A stretch of 51,749 nucleotides of DNA, taken from positions 32,825,383 through 32,877,131 of the forward strand of contig NC_057720.1 in NCBI RefSeq assembly GCF_004010195.1. Reading direction: 5' to 3'. The position numbers were made by a program, and so were the translations under genes. A model generated the notes under the pieces. It was not told where the DNA came from and searched no databases. It saw only the letters and a program-made list of their open reading frames with translations. Every line of letters begins with the position of its first letter. The first letter of the stretch is position 1. This stretch comes from Chiloscyllium plagiosum (lineage: Eukaryota). Positions 49,640 through 51,749 of the stretch are shown here, one piece after another.

Positions 49640-50060
49640 TCACAGAATGGCACACTTGCATGAGCTAGAGGCTGCCAATATGAATATATAGGGCCCTATT
49701 CTTTGCAGACAGAACCTATACACAAATTGTACCTGTTAAAACTTACCAAGATAGTCGGCAGTCATTTCCTGGTTCATTCCACTGAGAAATACTTGACCAA
49801 TCAGAAACAACCTGCCTGGATTAAATCTCAACAACTTTGCAGTTAACAGTCGGTTATCGTGGAACTGGTGCATTTTTCATTGCAATGCGTATACTAAAGT
49901 CCATTGTATAGGAAATCAGAACTCTCTCCTCATAACAATAAAACATTGTTCCCCTTTTTATTGGTAACTGTGTGAATGTCATGTTGAATTCAAAACAAAC
50001 AGGCTTCACAAAATTTGAATTTTGTTTCAGCGATACTCAAGTTCTACACTACCAACTGTT
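49640..50060 (+). mobile_element. Possible degenerate PLE 3' end
   Basis: 'ctttgcagacagaa' and 'tgaccaatcaga...cctgcctgg...gcagttaacagtc...actggtgcatt' resemble a recalled shark PLE 3' UTR. Confidence 0.35.
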
Positions 50061-51056
50061 CAATTTAGCAGCAAAGTTGGATCATTTATAAAAGGTTGGC
50101 GAGAATGTGTAAAGTAAGGATGCTAAAATACTAGGTGGTAAGAAATAGGCCAGGTGTTGAAACTTCCAGATTCCTTTAATCAGAGTTAACAAATCCAATG
50201 TGGGAGCAGGTTCCACTCCTATATTTTCATTGCTTTCATAGAAGGTTTTGTAGAAGAGATCTGGCAGTTACTTCAACACAATTAACTTGTTAATGTAAAT
50301 GAGTTCATAAATGATTTACAGTTACATTAATTTATTAGCTGCATGATTAGAAAATGCAGGGTAGAATGTACCTCAGCAGTGCATAATATTAAAGTGAATT
50401 GGCTTTGGGGATTATATAATTGGATCTCTGATATATGATGATCTTGCAGTAAATTGTGTTTTGAAGTGACAGTGTTCGATATTGTAAGAGCAGGTTTGAG
50501 GTTTTAGGGGCATATTGCCTATTAATAACTGAATTTTAGCTGAGCTTTGTTAGTCTAGACTTCAGAAATCCCCTTGCAGAGTTCTGTTTAATATAATGTC
50601 AAACCACCATCCTTTCATCTGCCTAGATTGATTGAGATTGCAGCCTCACATTTGGAGTTAGAAAGGTCTTAAGTCAAATGAGGGTAGATAATTTAACGAG
50701 CACAATTTATAATACTGTACTGTTAGACCAATGTGGGCAACAAAAATGTCACAATGCAGTTATAGAGCTGTTTTTAAAGTTGTCAATTGCAATATGGATT
50801 AGTGTAACTATTCCAAATGCTATCTAACTTAGAATTGTTTGCTGCTAGTACGAGTTAGAACAAGTTGACCATTCTCTATCATAGGAAGGTAGGAACAGCT
50901 GAAGGCCATTTAACCCATTTAACCGATTTAAGGCTGTTGTTTTATATGATCATGGCTGATTGAATGCTTTTTACCTACGTTATGGCCTTGATAATCAGAA
51001 GTGTATCAATCCTGACTTTAAACATTCCCCAAGACTGAGCTTCAATAGACTTCAGA

Positions 51057-51570
51057 GTGAAAGGGAAGGCTGGTAGGTATAGGGAATGCTGGATGACTAA
51101 AGAAACTGATGGTTTGGTTAAGAAAAAGAAGGAAGCATATGTCAGGTATAGACAGGATAGATCGAGTGAATCCTTAGAAGAGGGAGAAGTAGGAGTATAC
51201 TTAAGAGGGAAATCAGGAGGGCAAAAAGGGGACATGAGATAGTGTTGGCAAATAGAATTAAGGAGAATCCAAAGGGTTTTTACAAATATATTAAGGACAA
51301 AAGGGTAACTAGGGAGAGAATAGGGCCCCTCAAAGATCAGCAAGGTTGCCTTTATGTGGAGCCACAGAAAATGGGGGAGATGCAAAATAATCATTTAGTA
51401 TCAGTATTTATTGTGGAAAAGGATATGGAAGATTTGGACTGGAGGGAAATAGATGGTGACATCTTGCAAAATGTCCAGATTACAGAGGAGGAAGTGCTGG
51501 ATGTCTTGAAATGGTTAAAGGTGGATAAATCCCCAGGACCTGATCAGGTGTACCCGAGAACTCTGTGGGA
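51057..51570 (+). mobile_element. CR1 ORF2 linker fragment
   Basis: LANRIKENPKGFYKYIKDKRVTRERIGPL...DKSPGPDQVYPRTLWE. Confidence 0.92.
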
Positions 51571-51749
51571 ATAGACAATAGGTGCAGGAGTAGGTCATTC
51601 AGCCCTTCGAGCCTGCACCGCCATTCAATATAATCATGGCTGATCATTCCTAATCAGTATCCTGTTCCTGCCTTATCTCCATAACCCTTGATTCCACTAT
51701 CTTTGAGAGGTCTATCCAACTCTTTCTTAAATGAATCCAGAGAATGGGC
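51571..51749 (-). mobile_element. Young CR1 3' end (continues beyond the window)
   Basis: 'ggtgcaggagtaggtcattcagcccttcgagcctgcaccgccattcaat...atcatggctgatc' with CpGs retained. Confidence 0.85.

Noticed and set aside
1..51749. CRISPR arrays, operons or other prokaryotic systems
   Set aside because: The sequence is vertebrate repeat-rich DNA with no regularly spaced repeat-spacer array or gene-dense region.

Overview
Eukaryotic, AT-rich, apparently non-coding DNA from a cartilaginous fish. The repeat families (HE1-type V-SINEs, HER1/CR1 LINEs, SacSINE1-like DeuSINEs, Penelope-derived palindromic elements) are those I recall from sharks, probably a bamboo or carpet shark; this is an inference. 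I found no convincing host protein-coding exon, tRNA, rRNA or snoRNA gene. The recognisable ORFs in the track are broken retrotransposon frames, and the long X-rich ORFs are artefacts of a 797-nt N gap (25824-26620). The window is a mosaic of CR1-type LINE fragments, a second CR1-group (Zenon-like) LINE, tRNA-derived SINEs, a Tc2/pogo-like MITE, a probable solo LTR and several Penelope-like element (PLE) derivatives. The strongest signal is a set of minimal type I hammerhead-ribozyme motifs (CUGANGA-x-stem II-GAAA-palindromic helix III) in at least three PLE families. Their stem II sequences differ while pairing is kept, and they sit in long inverted repeats with 12-17 bp target-site duplications (TSDs). 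One composite insertion (41069-41566) has two tandem hammerheads 210 nt apart plus a 149-bp-arm hairpin. Other notable items: a nested insertion cluster (CR1 > MITE > Penelope), a 124-bp templated inverted insertion, a micro-inversion that recurs at the same site in two independent SINE copies, and several local duplications. Family names come from recalled consensus motifs, not database searches.
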